Source: Cyanidioschyzon merolae (Eukaryota). Taken from it: a stretch of DNA of 64,000 nucleotides. The notes under the pieces are model-generated. The model was not told where the DNA came from. It ran no database searches and saw nothing but the letters and a program-made list of their open reading frames with translations. Each line of letters opens with the position of its first letter. Positions within the stretch are counted from its first letter, which is position 1. The DNA is taken from NCBI GenBank assembly GCA_000091205.1, contig AP006498.2; one strand, 5' to 3'. Position numbers and translations under genes: made by a program. Of this stretch, positions 32,001-45,212 are shown one piece after another.

Positions 32001-33384
32001 GGAGCGCGTTGCGCACCAGAAAACCATCCGCCACACCCAACTTGCAAAGGTTCCAGTTGGCCTCGGAGTCTCTGGATAGAGCCGGCGCGCTTCAGATACG
32101 AACGCACCCTTATGTGACTGCCACCCTAGCATATCACTGCGCGCCGCAAACCAGGAAACCCATCCACCGCCCCCGTCTAGCATCCATCAACGTTGCAAGT
32201 GCCAGCGGGCAAGCGCGCCGCACCCATAATCAATTAAGCGGGTGCGCCGCCTGCGCCTGCTGCCCCAGGAAACCCATCGCGCAAATATGCCACCCCGCAG
32301 GTCCCGCAAACGCGCACCCGAACGCGCCACCCCGCACGCCTTCCACGAAAGCACCCTCACCTTTCCTTCACCCTGAACTGAGACGGCGCGTCCCACACGC
32401 GCACTCTCGCGTCGACATACACGCGCGCTGCCCCCGCAGGGTGTCCATCCGTACATGCGCACACCCGCAGAGACATCCGCGTCGCACCGCACACGTCCCG
32501 TGCTGCGCACAGACGCTGCCGTCTCTGGCATGCATGGTGGCGTAGCAGCGCATCCACAGCGCGTGCGGTTATCGGCTGATCCGGCATCGGTGATCGAAGT
32601 GTCCATTTATGTCCATCGAGGAACTACTTCATCATTTTCGAACGATATCCAGCGGCCTTGATACCTGGCTGCCAGACACGTGTCCATCGGCAGCCGCGAT
32701 CGGCTCGCAGCCTTGTCGCTTGTGGGATGCGTGCATGCCGCCAGGCTCCGTAACGAGCACAAACGCTCCCAGTATGTGGAGCATGCGCATCTGCAATTCG
32801 TCGTATGCTTCCTTGTCTGTCTGAATGATCACGGACAAGTGTTCCCGAACAAATCAGTGCCTGGTTGATCTACCATCGATCGGGATGGAGAACCCGCCCG
32901 AGAGCCACGGCTGGTGCGCGTCATGCGTACTCGCTCTGCGCTGAGGCGCGTCCAGACACCCCAGTGGCATTGGGACGCGGCGCAGCGATCGTGGCGCGAA
33001 GGCTTGCGTTGTTGTAGCGAGCGCCTTCAGTGTGTCCAGCATCCCGAGATTCATTGGATAGAACTTACCCTCATTGTTCATAAACTGGTCTGGTGTTCGT
33101 CGGACGCCTTCGCGTATGGAGAAGGACGACTGTATCTTCTGCGTCTGCAGAGCGCATTGTCACATTCGAGGGACACTCGTAGCATGCATCCTTCTGAGAT
33201 GAAAAAATTGCATCCTGTCTGCAGCCATACGGATAAAGGTTCGCTTTGGATCACGCTCGTAGGTGTTGTCCTTATCACCATACGGATACAAGTTCGCTGT
33301 ATCATGCGCTCATGAGCGTCTATCTTGTCACTGCATTGATACAGGCTCGCCCTGGTACCTGTTTGCGAGGTGTGGTATTCGGCG

Positions 33385-33422
33385 TACGTCGACCTGCGCC
33401 TGCGCCTGCGCCTGCGCCTGCC
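33385..33422. repeat. (CTGCGC)n hexanucleotide microsatellite, ~5 units
   Basis: 'gacctgcgcctgcgcctgcgcctgcgcctgcc' read directly from the sequence. Confidence 0.8.
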
Positions 33423-33706
33423 GTGCCGCCCCGCCGATGACGCCGCCGTCGCTCGAGCGCCGCCCGACGTACGCCGAATCCCACGCTTTTCCGAGCGATC
33501 TCATTTTCTACCTGCACTGCGGTTTCTACTGGAAACTGTGGTAAGTCTGGGATCACAACTGGTTTCGGTCACCAGGGAAAGTGGTAGCGAACGGTCAGTG
33601 TCTCAGGGGTATCCTCCTTTTTGATATTCGGACGACGAGCCACAAGCTTCAAGACTGCAGGTGAGCTGGGGGCAACGCCGCTTCCATTCTGCACCAGGCA
33701 GTCTCG

Positions 33707-36700
33707 TTGGTACTAAGCAGTGTCGGGCGGCTCTTTCTAGAGCTAGGAAACCAGAGTGTCTGGATGGACCGCCGCTGTCTCAGCTTTACAGCTGGTCAAA
33801 ACTTCTTTCCCTGGAGCTCGTTACGCGCCGCCTCCGTCGCGCGTTTCTGGTTGCGGCGGCTTGGTGAAGTACCAGCCGAAGGCGGATCGTTTCCCTATCG
33901 CAGAAGTTTCTTGTGCCCGTTTACCCCTGGATCGAATTTATATAGAGGCTGCGCAAAGTCGCGAGAGAGGCTCGGGCCCTGGCTTTGGCCGACGAACGAA
34001 GCACTCCCGGGGAAACAGCACGCAGGGTTCTGGCGATGGCAGGCTTCGGCAGCGTCTGGAAGCGGTACAGACGGATCAGGTACTTTCGCGGACCCTACAG
34101 TCACCCAGGTACGGAACAAGGATAGTATTTTGGCTCCGGGGACCACGGAAACCGCCCATAGAGAGCCAGAATCCATCGTACCTTCACCACGAGCTGATGG
34201 TGCTTACGACTTTCTCGCTGTGGAACGTCGCTGGCAAGAGTTCTGGGAACGCGAGCAAATATTCCGCACACCAGATGAAGTCGATTGGAACCGGCCTAAG
34301 TACTACATTCTAGACATGTTTCCGTATCCTAGCGGTGCCGGGCTTCACGTCGGGCACCCCGAGGGCTACACCGCGACCGACATTCTCGCACGGTACAAGC
34401 GGATGCGAGGGTATAATGTGCTTCATCCCATGGGTTGGGACGCTTTTGGTCTGCCCGCCGAACAATTTGCTCTCGATACGGGAATTCATCCAGCAGTGGC
34501 GACCGAGCGCAACATCACGCGTTTCCGTAAGCAGCTCAAGTCACTAGGATTCTCCTACGACTGGAAACGCGAGATTAATACGACCAGTCCCGAATATTAT
34601 CGGTGGACACAGTGGATATTCCTTCAGCTGTATAAGAGGGGCCTCGCCTATCAGGCTGAGATACCGGTAAACTGGTGCCCGGCACTCGGCACTGTACTCG
34701 CCAACGAGGAGGTCATCGATGGGCGAAGCGAACGCGGGGGCCATCCCGTCATCCGCAAACCCATGCGTCAATGGGTACTGCGTATCACTGCCTATGCTGA
34801 GAGACTGCTCAAAGATCTCGATCTACTTGACTGGCCCGAAAACGTGAAGGAGATGCAGCGAAACTGGATCGGCCGAAGTGAAGGAGTCGAAGTTACGTTC
34901 CCCACGGTGTCCGATGCTTCGTCGGCATCCGCCAAGGGCGCGCTCGCAGAGCCCCCAGGCATCACCGTTTTCACAACGCGGCCGGAAACCATATCCGGGG
35001 CCACGTACCTGGTCGTTGCTCCCGAATACCCGATTCTAGAGGAGTTGGTAACGGATGCGCAACGAGAGCAAGTCCAGCGCTACGTGGAGCAGGCGCTGCG
35101 ACGCAGCGACCGCGAGCGCACCGGCACTGAGGTCAAGCTGAAGAGCGGCGTCTTCACGGGGCGGTACGCCCAGAACCCTGTTACCGGGGAACACATACCT
35201 ATCTGGGTAGCGGATTACGTTCTCGGCAGCTACGGCACTGGAGCGATCATGGCGGTGCCCGGACACGATGCACGGGATCGAGCGTTTGCGGAAACATTTG
35301 CCTTGCCCATCCGGATTGTCATCGACGAAACGACGAATCAAATGACCGACTGGAACCCAGACTGGCTTGGCGGCCTGGAAGTTGCAGGCACGAACGTGGA
35401 GGCTGCCCGGGTGCGGATCACGGAAGCACTGGAGCGACTTCATATCGGGGAGCGAAAAGTGAACTACAAACTCAGGGATTGGCTGTTTAGTCGCCAGCGG
35501 TACTGGGGCGAGCCCTTCCCGATTGTGTTCGACGCAGAGACCGGCGAGCCGCTGCCCGTAGATGAGCAAGCACTCCCGGTCGAGTTACCTACCACGGAGT
35601 CGATTCGTCCGAGTGGCGATGGACGCTCTCCGCTGGCCAAAATTGTGGACTGGGTGGAAGTTCGTGATCCTCAGACCGGTCAACTGCGTTACCTACGCGA
35701 GACGAATACGATGCCCCAGTGGGCTGGCAGCTGTTGGTACTACTTACGCTTCATCGACAACAGCAACGCGGAGCGGTTGGTTGATCCAGTCAAAGAACGC
35801 TACTGGATGCCGGTTGACCTGTACGTCGGCGGCGTGGAACACGCAGTGCTCCATCTTCTCTATGCGCGCTTTTGGCACAAGGTTCTCTACGATTTGGGGG
35901 TCGTGAGCACTCCCGAGCCCTTCCTACGCCTGGTGAACCAGGGCATGATTCTCGGTGAGGTTGAGTACACGTGTCGTCGTGAACGAACCGCGGCAGAGGG
36001 CCGGCAGCTTGTTGCAAACGGCCACGCTGCCGAGGCACCGCTCCTCGAGGAAGTGCGCGTACCCGCCGATCAAGTCGAGAAAATAGGCAATGATCGCTAC
36101 GTTTTGAAGGCGGATCCTCGTGTAGTGGTAACTGCACGCGCCCATAAGATGTCCAAGTCACGGGGCAACGTGGTCAATCCCGATGATATTGTGGAACAGT
36201 ACGGCGCAGATGCGTTGCGATGCTACCTCATGTTCATGGGACCGCTGGATCAGGTTAAACCCTGGTCGACTCAGGGCGTCAACGGGATGCGGCGCTTCCT
36301 CGATCGCGCTTGGCGTCTGCTCTTCGACAAAAACGAGGTCTGCAACGGAGACTCTCGAACGGAGCATCAGGTGCAGCCGACACGTGCACAGCTGCGTCAG
36401 CTGCACAGCCTCATCAAACGAGTCACCGAGGATACAGAGGCACTTCGTTTTAACACCGCCATCGCAGCGATGATTGAATTTGTGAACGATGCCTACAAAT
36501 GGGAGGTGCCCTGGCCAAAAGATATCTTATTGGGTCCTTTTGTTTTGCTCTTGTCGCCGTATGCGCCTCACGTAGCCGAGGAGATGTGGCAGGAAATTCG
36601 TCGGCGGCAACAGCTTCGCCATGGAACCGAACGAGACTCAGATGCTGCTGATGCCCAGGTGCCGCGTTCATTGGCCTACGAGCCTTGGCCTGACTACGAT

Positions 36701-36910
36701 CCCCAATACTTGGTGCAGGAGACGGTCGTCTATGCTGTACAAGTGAACGGCAAGTTGCGCGGCACACTCGAGATTCCCAGTGACGCCGATCGAGATGCCG
36801 TCCTGGCAGCCGCTCGACAAGTAAGTAGTGTCGCGAGTCATCTTGATGGAAAACAGGTTGTTCGTGAAATCTTCGTTCCCGGCAAAATCGCAAACTTTGT
36901 CGTGAGATAA
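33707..36910 (+). CDS. Leucyl-tRNA synthetase, bacterial/organellar type, with ~160-aa N-terminal extension
   Basis: '[15 protein letters not shown]', '[52 protein letters not shown]' (HIGH region), '[14 protein letters not shown]' (KMSKS) and the editing/CP1 domain are collinear with bacterial LeuS. The 1067-aa ORF is uninterrupted. Confidence 0.92.
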   Translation: MVLSSVGRLFLELGNQSVWMDRRCLSFTAGQNFFPWSSLRAASVARFWLRRLGEVPAEGGSFPYRRSFLCPFTPGSNLYRGCAKSRERLGPWLWPTNEALPGKQHAGFWRWQASAASGSGTDGSGTFADPTVTQVRNKDSILAPGTTETAHREPESIVPSPRADGAYDFLAVERRWQEFWEREQIFRTPDEVDWNRPKYYILDMFPYPSGAGLHVGHPEGYTATDILARYKRMRGYNVLHPMGWDAFGLPAEQFALDTGIHPAVATERNITRFRKQLKSLGFSYDWKREINTTSPEYYRWTQWIFLQLYKRGLAYQAEIPVNWCPALGTVLANEEVIDGRSERGGHPVIRKPMRQWVLRITAYAERLLKDLDLLDWPENVKEMQRNWIGRSEGVEVTFPTVSDASSASAKGALAEPPGITVFTTRPETISGATYLVVAPEYPILEELVTDAQREQVQRYVEQALRRSDRERTGTEVKLKSGVFTGRYAQNPVTGEHIPIWVADYVLGSYGTGAIMAVPGHDARDRAFAETFALPIRIVIDETTNQMTDWNPDWLGGLEVAGTNVEAARVRITEALERLHIGERKVNYKLRDWLFSRQRYWGEPFPIVFDAETGEPLPVDEQALPVELPTTESIRPSGDGRSPLAKIVDWVEVRDPQTGQLRYLRETNTMPQWAGSCWYYLRFIDNSNAERLVDPVKERYWMPVDLYVGGVEHAVLHLLYARFWHKVLYDLGVVSTPEPFLRLVNQGMILGEVEYTCRRERTAAEGRQLVANGHAAEAPLLEEVRVPADQVEKIGNDRYVLKADPRVVVTARAHKMSKSRGNVVNPDDIVEQYGADALRCYLMFMGPLDQVKPWSTQGVNGMRRFLDRAWRLLFDKNEVCNGDSRTEHQVQPTRAQLRQLHSLIKRVTEDTEALRFNTAIAAMIEFVNDAYKWEVPWPKDILLGPFVLLLSPYAPHVAEEMWQEIRRRQQLRHGTERDSDAADAQVPRSLAYEPWPDYDPQYLVQETVVYAVQVNGKLRGTLEIPSDADRDAVLAAARQVSSVASHLDGKQVVREIFVPGKIANFVVR

Positions 36911-37054
36911 ACGAGACTGAAATCCCTGTCGCCTTTCCTCGAGTTGCCTTGTTCTCGCATTGCTCTGTGCAGAGGCAGAGGAGAGCGAGAAAGCGCCCTG
37001 TAACCTCGAGATATGCCCAAATGCTCGTGAGTTGGTGCTCCATTCCGAGGCGTG

Positions 37055-37085
<31 letters not shown>

Positions 37086-37868
37086 CAACAACAGGAGCGG
37101 CGGAAGCACTCGAACCCAGAGTCATTGCATTCATCTCTGGACAATGGAGGAACGCTACGTTCTTTAACCGTAAGCAAGCAGCGAGCGACGTATCTCGACT
37201 CAAATGGTGAAGCACGGTGTTCATGTATTCCTCGTAGAGCGCAGGTGCTCGTCGAGATGATGAATGGACGAAGCAGTGGTGTTCGCGTTGAATCTCGATA
37301 CCAGCGTGTGTGGTCGATTCGCTGGGCATGGATCGTTGTACGCATCCATGAACTCCATACCAAGATTCGTCGTTGCTTCTCGCTCGGAAGCAAGCTAGGC
37401 AACCGGCTGGATGCGGATACCAAACTCGCACGTCGAACTCGACCACGGCTCACTGGCTGCATCTGTGCGGTACTGAGGCTGTTTCCCTGATGACCGGCAG
37501 TAGGCGTGCAATCGTCGGAATCTGTTGGTTTGATGCTGTTCAAAAAACCGAACTTGACAGGCACCGTTGCGCGAGCTCGTAAACTCTACGAGAGAGCAGC
37601 GCCGCACTGTTTGCCAGCCGAACAGATGACTCGTGTCGGTGTGCGGCATTAGTCGACGTACTTTTGTCTAGCGGACGCTCGGCTTGGCGCCCGTAACGCA
37701 TTGTGAGCTTCATCGAAGTGGCGTTTGTGTCAACCGGAGAGCGCCCTATACCTTGCCTGGTGGTGAACGGGATCCTCAAGCACAAACACAGAGCCGCCCA
37801 GTAGATAGTGCGCACGAAAGCAAGAATCCATGAACCACCATCCGGTAACGTACCGTATTCCCTGGAGC

Positions 37869-38483
37869 TTACGCGTCAGCGTCAGGCAGGCCCAGTGTCG
37901 CAACCGATGGCCCTCGAAGTACAACTCTGCCGAGTTTTCGCTGCCAGTGCGTACTCATCGGCGACTTGGTCGGCAGTAGTGCACGTACATGCAGCGTCTG
38001 CTCCGTACTAGACTTTGATGCCTGCCACGCTTCCGCGGCACACGTGTAGATCGCGGATACCTCTCGAGGCTGAACCCCGATTCCCAGCGCACTACTTGAC
38101 CCGATTGGCGCGGCGACAAGCTCGGAGGAGGCTTCGCGGGCGTCCTGGAAATACTCGACGGCGTCCTCGAGCACGAGGTTCGCCAGCGTGTCCCACCCTA
38201 CCAGCTTTCCGATGACGCAACGCCCACCAACGAGCAGCACCTGGACGGTTTGTCCCGACCACGGGCTTACTTCCAGGGCCGAGACCGGTCCAGCAGGCGA
38301 CGCTCTCACTGGACGCTTTTCGCGAGCTTGAGGCCGGGCTCCGCTTGAGCGTCCGCGTTCAGACTGCCAGCCGCGGTTCCGCGTCCCAGAACCTCCTGTC
38401 GCAGGCCTTGCACTGGTAGCTTTGGTCCCTGCTTGACGTCTTCTGTTTTGTCCGGACCGATCTCTGGGATGTTTCGGGTCCAT
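37869..38483 (-). CDS. Sm-like (LSm) domain protein with RG-rich N-terminal region
   Basis: 'GQTVQVLLVGGRCVIGKLVGWDTLANLVLEDAVEY' matches the Sm1/Sm2 fold pattern (V.V.L..GR...G.L.gfD...NLVL.da.E). It is flanked by an RG/RS-rich low-complexity region. Start and extent are uncertain. Confidence 0.4.
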   Translation of the reverse strand: MDPKHPRDRSGQNRRRQAGTKATSARPATGGSGTRNRGWQSERGRSSGARPQAREKRPVRASPAGPVSALEVSPWSGQTVQVLLVGGRCVIGKLVGWDTLANLVLEDAVEYFQDAREASSELVAAPIGSSSALGIGVQPREVSAIYTCAAEAWQASKSSTEQTLHVRALLPTKSPMSTHWQRKLGRVVLRGPSVATLGLPDADA

Positions 38484-40028
38484 CTATGCCCAAACGTCAA
38501 GGTGTGCAAGGAACGGTACACCGCCTCGTGGGCCTACGCGAGCCGCCGATACCGCCCCAAGGGCGTCGTCGTTCTGCATTCCAAAGACCTGCCTGCCTGC
38601 AAAGCACTGCGGACGCGTAAGCGACGCCCTCATGAGCACTACCGACTCGTCTGATGAACTGTTTAGGAACGTTCATGAGCAACTAAAAGCCAACGAAACT
38701 GCATTGAAGCAGAAGTATGCGCGTTTACGGTCGCAAGTGGAGCAGCAGCGCACTGAGCTAGCGCAGTGGCGCACCCAGTTCGAAGCGGATGTGACGACAC
38801 TGCTTGAGACTCTTGAACGAGTTGAACGGAACTCCAAGTCACGTCTGGAGCGCTGTCTGCAGGTGATTGAGGAAACCAAGCGAACCGAGAATGAGGGTGG
38901 CCAAGATCAGGAAGGAGAGACGCCAGAGGGTCCTGGCGAGGCTCCAGGCTCGTCGTGAGGCCAACGAGTGGCTGCGGTGTCCGCGCCCGTGCGCTGTGCG
39001 TACATGGACACGTGGGATGTCGATGGGGATTGATCACGAAAACGCGTGTTTTTAGCGTGTCATGGACGCAGTGGTACGCGTCTAATCGTCTACTGCGTCT
39101 GCGGGACAACTTGGTGTCGCGGGGATGAACGCAACAGCGGCTTCCGTAGGCAGCTGCGGCTTTTGCAGCGCTTATTCGTCATAGAATGGACAGCGGGGTC
39201 GACTTATGCAGCACGCTAGTGGCAGAGCGGGCGTATACAGAACTTGTGCGTTGCCGATCGCCGTAGTGAACGCGAAGGATTTCCAGCGAGCGTCAGATCC
39301 GGAGTCACCCTAGCTGCGAGGAGAACTCCAGAAGCTAGCAAGCAAGCACGGTACTTGTTCCAGGGATCCCGCTTAACAAGTCAGAGCCTGGATCGTTTCA
39401 AGTCCTTTGCGAAGCACTATGCTCTTCTACGCGCTACCTGCACGGGGCGATGTCGAGCATCATGCAGGTGCTCAATGTGCTGTCTCCGGTGAACTGTTCG
39501 AGCCTTGCTGCTCGATTGTTTTATCTGGAATGGTCACGAGTTCGCACGAGCTGTTCGAGTCGTCTCCGTATCTGATTATTGTTGCTTAGAGACGCAGGAG
39601 ATCATCACCTGCAGCCGAAGCGGTGCGAGCAACGAGACGAGGCCGAGTTTTTTTCGAGTTGCACGCGGGTCGCGCACTCTTCAGTGTTCTGGAGGCGGTT
39701 TTGAGGACGCTCAGTCCGTGCTGGTTGAGCTCCATGAGCGGCAATATTCGGAATGCATCGCTGTTACCAAGAATGCTCCAGCTGCAGCATCGCTCTAGTT
39801 CCTGGTGCCCAGCTGCAGCCTAGCAGGCTCTCTGGCATGTTTCAGCAGCGGTGGCTCCGTTCGCAGGCTGGCTCGTCCACCGCAGTGGCGACGCAGACGC
39901 CCGCAGCATGAGGCTCCGCTCGGCCCCGACGCCGATCCACGCTTGAAACATACCAATCATGGACGCTGCGGCTGTCGCTTGGTGGACGGCATCGCCTCGA
40001 GAGCCATCCGCGCACAGCTATGTACATT

Positions 40029-42059
40029 CTAGTCGAAATAGTCAGCAAGGTCGAGCGATCCGTCCACCAGCGCCGATCCCAGGAAGCCCACGTCCAGCTG
40101 ATTCAGTAGCAGATGTTCGTAAACTTCCTCGAGATCCGTCTCACCGAGCAGTACGGCACCCATGAGACGATTCTTGCAGAGTATAACCCGAATGTATTGC
40201 AACGAGGTGGGATTTCCATCCTCACCGGGACGCAATGACTCGAGAACCTGCACCTCCGGGTTATTGCTCTGCGCACATTCGAGCCGATACCGACCCATTA
40301 AAACCACCTTGATTCCACAGAACTCAGTAACATGGCAGAAGAGTTCCATGTCGAGGGGCTCGGCCGCCTCCATCTGCGCGACCTCATCCCGCGATAGTGA
40401 TGCTGGTGGTGCAGGTTGTGGCGGTGCGAGGACGGCCGCTTCGGGGTGCCCGGCCTCGCTTGGACCTTGCTCTTTGAGAGCGCGCGCCCAGGTTCGTGGC
40501 CGGCTCACCAGTAGGTCACGAACAATGGATCGAGCTGCGCGAGCGCCCATCATCCTCGCTTGGCTCCATAGACGCATTTGGAACCAGAGGCGTGGCGTCT
40601 CGTCACCAGCCAACGACGAAGCGCCCTGCACAACACAGCAGTCTCCAGCAGCGAAAATGTACCTGGCATGCGTCCGCAGGTGCTCATCGACAGCGATGCC
40701 GGTATCCTCGGCGTCCTCGGTGTCCGCAGCGACGACGGTACCAGAAGCGCCTGGAGATCCACCATGCTCTCCAGGGTCCGATGCGCTGTTGGCGTCGTCG
40801 ACTCCATCACAACGACGACGACAATGCGTACCAAAAGGCAATGGCGGATCTAGATGCACCCAACGAAGCAGTCTCTGGCCCTCTGCATCAAAATACGAGG
40901 GCACCGCTGCTCCACGAACACCAGTGGCGCAAAGCAGAACATCGGTGAAGACAACTCCACCATCCGAGAGCGTGACTCGCAGACAAGCGTCTGTAAGCGA
41001 CGCTTGACTGCTTGCATCAACGGCGGCGTCATCGCTTGTGGTACTCCCCGGAGCGTCCCACGCAATGGAGGTCACCGTACAACACTGATGCAGGCAGAGT
41101 CGCTTTGTGGAACCCTGTTCCGCATCTGAGTTTGTATTCGGCAGGTCAGCGTCAGGTACAGATGAGGTTTGGTCCCAGTGCTGATGCCCGTGTACGACTC
41201 GTATCTGCGCAGGCTCCAGCACGGTTTGCTTCTGGTCTCGTCTACCGCCTTGCATCCAGTCGGGACCGAGTCCAGCACCCAAAACGCGGCGCGGTGATGA
41301 CTCCACTGCTAACGAGCGTGTCGGTGCCAGGAGCCATGCAGTTGCTTGCCTGCGACGCGGACGTCGCGCAGTCGGCAAACTCCACAGCACGTTGGACAGC
41401 GCAGCGTCAAAGAATGTATGACCAATGTGCGCGTCTCGAATGACCCAGTCCACGTGTGCGACCTCTGGAAGCACGTAGGCAAGCTCCATGGCGATACCGC
41501 CGTTGCCGAGGATCATAACGCGAGGCTCTGAGGGGCGCCCCCGCCGCCGCTGTCGACGCGCTACCAGGTCTTGCAGGAGTTTGCGGAACCGATCGGCAGA
41601 GTCGGTGTCGCGGAGCGTAAGGATGCGCTCGTTCAGCACACGAGAGGAAGCACAAGCTTGATGCACGACTTTTGGAATGCGCGGCACTGCGCCCATACAG
41701 ATACAGAGATAATCAAAGCGCAGCTGGAGAACATCGCCCGCCGAGTGCCTGCCTTGCGGTGCTCCGTCGCCGACCCGCACGTAGACGCAGCGTTCAGCGA
41801 CTCGAACCTGCTCGACAACACCGATGAGAACGTCTACCCATGGAAGCGCCTCCCAGGGGTCGCTGCAGGTCTCTTCGAGTCTGTAGGCGGCAATGTGTCG
41901 ACCGCGTTGACCATAGGGCACCGCCCGCCGCAACGCCGACGTCGCGGACACTAGAGTAATGTGTGTATCTGTGGTGAAGTCGTTCGCGTACGCAACCAGC
42001 GTCTCAAGACAGGTCACACCAGCAATGCCACCTCCGAGAATGAGTACCTGCATACGCAA
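40029..42059 (-). CDS. PYROXD1: Pyridine nucleotide-disulfide oxidoreductase domain protein, PYROXD1 ortholog, with internal low-complexity insertion
   Basis: 'VLILGGGIAGVTC', 'LRDTDSADRFRKL', 'VMILGNGGIAMELAYVL', 'LGPDWMQG', 'FAAGDCCVV', 'QMRLWSQARMMG', 'FCHVTEFCGIKVVLMGRY', 'MGAVLLGETDLEEVYEHLLLNQLD' and a C-terminal 'DYFD' track human PYROXD1 block by block. Confidence 0.8.
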   Translation of the reverse strand: MRMQVLILGGGIAGVTCLETLVAYANDFTTDTHITLVSATSALRRAVPYGQRGRHIAAYRLEETCSDPWEALPWVDVLIGVVEQVRVAERCVYVRVGDGAPQGRHSAGDVLQLRFDYLCICMGAVPRIPKVVHQACASSRVLNERILTLRDTDSADRFRKLLQDLVARRQRRRGRPSEPRVMILGNGGIAMELAYVLPEVAHVDWVIRDAHIGHTFFDAALSNVLWSLPTARRPRRRQATAWLLAPTRSLAVESSPRRVLGAGLGPDWMQGGRRDQKQTVLEPAQIRVVHGHQHWDQTSSVPDADLPNTNSDAEQGSTKRLCLHQCCTVTSIAWDAPGSTTSDDAAVDASSQASLTDACLRVTLSDGGVVFTDVLLCATGVRGAAVPSYFDAEGQRLLRWVHLDPPLPFGTHCRRRCDGVDDANSASDPGEHGGSPGASGTVVAADTEDAEDTGIAVDEHLRTHARYIFAAGDCCVVQGASSLAGDETPRLWFQMRLWSQARMMGARAARSIVRDLLVSRPRTWARALKEQGPSEAGHPEAAVLAPPQPAPPASLSRDEVAQMEAAEPLDMELFCHVTEFCGIKVVLMGRYRLECAQSNNPEVQVLESLRPGEDGNPTSLQYIRVILCKNRLMGAVLLGETDLEEVYEHLLLNQLDVGFLGSALVDGSLDLADYFD

Positions 42060-42639
42060 CAGCGTCGTTGCCGAGGTTTATGTGTTCAGGTGCGTATGCC
42101 GCTAGCTTGAGCGCGTCAACCGAATGAGCAGCGGCTCGTGCACGAGTACCGGATCAATGAATGCACCGCTTTCTCGGTGCCTGGGGGCGACGCGAACAAC
42201 CGCTGCTGCTACCAAGGTATCGTGTTGAGGTGTGTCGCGAGCAATACGAGTCGGTAACAGTGGTATGGAGGTCTCACTGCTTCTGTCATGTGCTTACCAA
42301 GATCTACAACGCACGACATTCCGAAGTGGTTGGTGCTTGCTTTAGAGTCGGGCTTGAGGCCTAGCTCGTTTGCAGCGACGGGTGTTCTTGTCGGGGTGCG
42401 TTCGTTGCCTTTCCAAGCGTCGACGGTGACAACGTATGCCCAGCACGTACCAGAAGCACGTCGTCGTGTGTGTCTCTCGATGGACCACGACTTTTGGGTT
42501 GGCTTGGTGAACGTCCGTCGTTGTCGTTCTCGTTGTCTGCAGCGCAGCGCTCCCTTCGCGTTGACTTTGGCTTCGTGGTGCCTATCCATGGAAGCAGCGG
42601 TTCTCCAGAGCTGGTGTGTATGCGGCTTTGGAAGCATAT

Positions 42640-44330
42640 CTCGTTACGCTCAGAGTAGTGAATTCTGGGCTGCATGCACCAGCACGCGCAATTGTTGCTG
42701 TCTGCGTTATCGCAGGTAGCCTAGAGAAGGAAAGCATGCTGTCGAGTGGAGAAATGATCACGGAATGACATGATGCTTTCATTGCTAGCCTGAGGAAAAC
42801 CGCCGCATTTCTCCAAGTCAGTCATGCTGCGGTCAGCGGGCGGATGAGGCGCCCTTCTCCCAGTGCATGTCGTGAACGGTACGCACCCAGAACGGTACTT
42901 TTTCGGTTCTAGCTGCACGAAGCGCTCCTCGTCGAGCAACTCCGCTCCGTGTGTTCTCGAAAACATCGTACAAAATGAGCCACAGGATGTGCAGTCTCGG
43001 CACCGTCGACACGAACGGTGATGGAGAGACACGGATACTCGAGGCGAAAAACACGCTTCCCTGGGGCAGCATACTGCGTCGAAGGATACACTGTCGATTT
43101 CGTACGGAAACGGGAACGCGTATTCCACGAGATATACGGACGATCGTCTCTGTCGATGAGACTTCATTTGGGTGCGCTGCTGCATCTGTACGTATTTGGG
43201 CGGAGAGGCGCAAACCGCAGGTCGTCAAAGAGCGACGAGTGAGCAGTCGGATACGTCCAGCCCCAGCGGCGCCTCGAGCCGGTTGTCTACTGCACATCAC
43301 CGAACGGGCGGGATCGTTCAACACCTCATGCTTCGTCGTCAGACGCTGTGTGGCTTTTTCGTTCCAGATGCATTTGTGCCGCTTTCGGGAATCGCCGCTT
43401 TCCATCCCTCAAGGCGGTCATGGGGCACGCGGCTGATTCTGGCGTCGAGCTGCTCTTGGTGCGCGTCTATGCTCCGTAGGTCGGTGGTGTCGAAGGCGTG
43501 GGCGTTGCCGGTAGACGCCATCTCTACGCTCATGGATACATAGATGAGTCTTTCGCATCCGGTACACCGAACGATTCGGGATGTCACTCGGAATGCGCCC
43601 AGCTGCTTACGCTGGGAAGACTCGCCTAGCTCGCCGCGCCTTGATGCACCTCGCCAAGCAAGTATTCGCAGAACTTTCGGACGCTAGGCTACCAGCTGTC
43701 CAGAGACCTCTCGAATTTTTCGATCAAACTTCCCAGCGACAATGCAAGTTATGTTCGGGTGAGAGGCTGCACTGCGAACGCATTTTCTCCCAGGCTCGCT
43801 GCAGTCGGGCGTTGGACATGATGGACGGCAGGGGGCATACCGACACACATGGAATGACGGCATCAGGACCTGTTTCAAAGCTCTGAGCATCGTACTGAGC
43901 AAACGGGGATGCTTTGAACGCTCTGTATAGTCAGCACATTTGCGTGCAACTGGCACATGCGTACAATCTATGGTAAAAGTATATGAGAAAGCGATCGGAT
44001 CGCCGATTGTATCAGTTGCATGGACGCAAGAAACATGCATTCACCAACTTGTCCAATGAGTTGGGAAATGAAATGAACAATGATTAGCATCGACCGGTTT
44101 TAGTGTATGGAGCTGGACTTGCCGTAGCGCGCAGAGTACGCCCCGCTGGTGCCCCTCCGACAGCCCACATCGAGTACGGGTAGCAATTCTGAACAACTCC
44201 CATCGATGCATTCATGACGACAGAAACGCATCTCGAGCAAGATTGCATGAGGAAACAGGTAGAGGATAAGAGCGTGAATAGAGCCGGATGCATGAGATGG
44301 TGTACTGCAAGGTGAACGAAAGTCAAATGG
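42640..44330. repeat. Direct segmental duplication, copy 1 (core 42640-43590 nearly identical to 50221-51146; 43590-44330 divergent)
   Basis: ORF twins such as the 154-aa pair 42721..43185(-) and 50300..50764(-) are almost identical. Downstream, only protein-level similarity remains: '...LPAVQRPLEFFDQTSQRQ' vs '...LPASRISLKFFDQTFLRKH', and 'NASMGVVQN' vs 'NTSMGIVQN'. Confidence 0.85.
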
Positions 44331-45212
44331 CGAGGTAATCGACGGTGAGCGACTTGCTATGTTCTGATTCGTCATGCAACCATGCCCGCAAACACTCTCT
44401 GCACTGCTACTTGCATGACGCGATCGATATGCAGCGAAATGTGTTGTGCTTGCCAGGCTTCCGGCAGCTTTGCGTTGAACGAACTTTCTAGGATATCGTT
44501 TAGTGCTCAGTATGAGCATAGCGCTGACAAGTCGCAGACTTTCGATGGCAAAAATCAGTGGCACTGCATCGAACGACTGGCTTCTATCCTGGTGCAAGCC
44601 AGTTGTGTGGTACGCTTCAGCAGTTCCTCAATGCTACAGCGCCGTGTGTATCCACCGGAAGCAGTTTTCCTGGCCAATTAGAAAGCGATCATAGTGTTCC
44701 ACGATGCGATACAACTGATTCCATTTCCTCATCGCCAGGTCGCGACAGCTCCCGGCTCCGGCGGCGGCCTCTGTAAACTGCACCGGTCTTGGCCCGACTC
44801 GAGCAGTGCAGCGCACTCTGCGGAATATTTTTCATTCGGATGGATTGTACAGCGAACCGTCTCCAACCCGGTAACCCGTGGCCGTCTCGTATCGCAACGG
44901 TGATCAAATACGCGAAAACCGCTACCCCGAACAGCGCTGATCGTTCCCGGGGCTCGCGAATATTCGCGTACGCGCTAGAGCTCATCGTCCTATCCTCCAT
45001 CGCTCTAATCGAGTACAAGATATCAGCTGTGGCGAACGATCCTCGCCAGTCTCGCAAAAAACGCGGAAGCCTCCGCGATCCTCAGCTGCGCATCCGGTGA
45101 GGCTGCACCAAACGCCCAAACGCCTCAGCACCGCACTCGAGGCAACCCCAGCTCGATGACGATTAGATCGCATGTGCTCATGACGCATACCGCCGAAGCT
45201 GCAAACCAACGA

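Noticed and set aside
31877-32606. 222-aa +ORF and 139-aa -ORF in a CCGCAC/CGCGCA-rich low-complexity block
   Set aside because: The peptides are Pro/His/Arg/Ala low-complexity on both strands, which is typical of GC-rich simple sequence rather than a gene.
36668-37564. 298-aa ORF with a poly-Cys run (-), and 176-aa ORF with poly-Q (+) over the same (CAG)8(CAA)5 tract
   Set aside because: Both are frame readings of one trinucleotide repeat. The -strand ORF also overlaps the well-supported LeuRS 3' end. There is no recognisable domain in either, so they are treated as non-coding or unresolved.
38632-38958. 108-aa coiled-coil ORF as an annotated gene
   Set aside because: It looks coding-like (charged heptad pattern) but has no family signature. 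It is left unannotated apart from this note.
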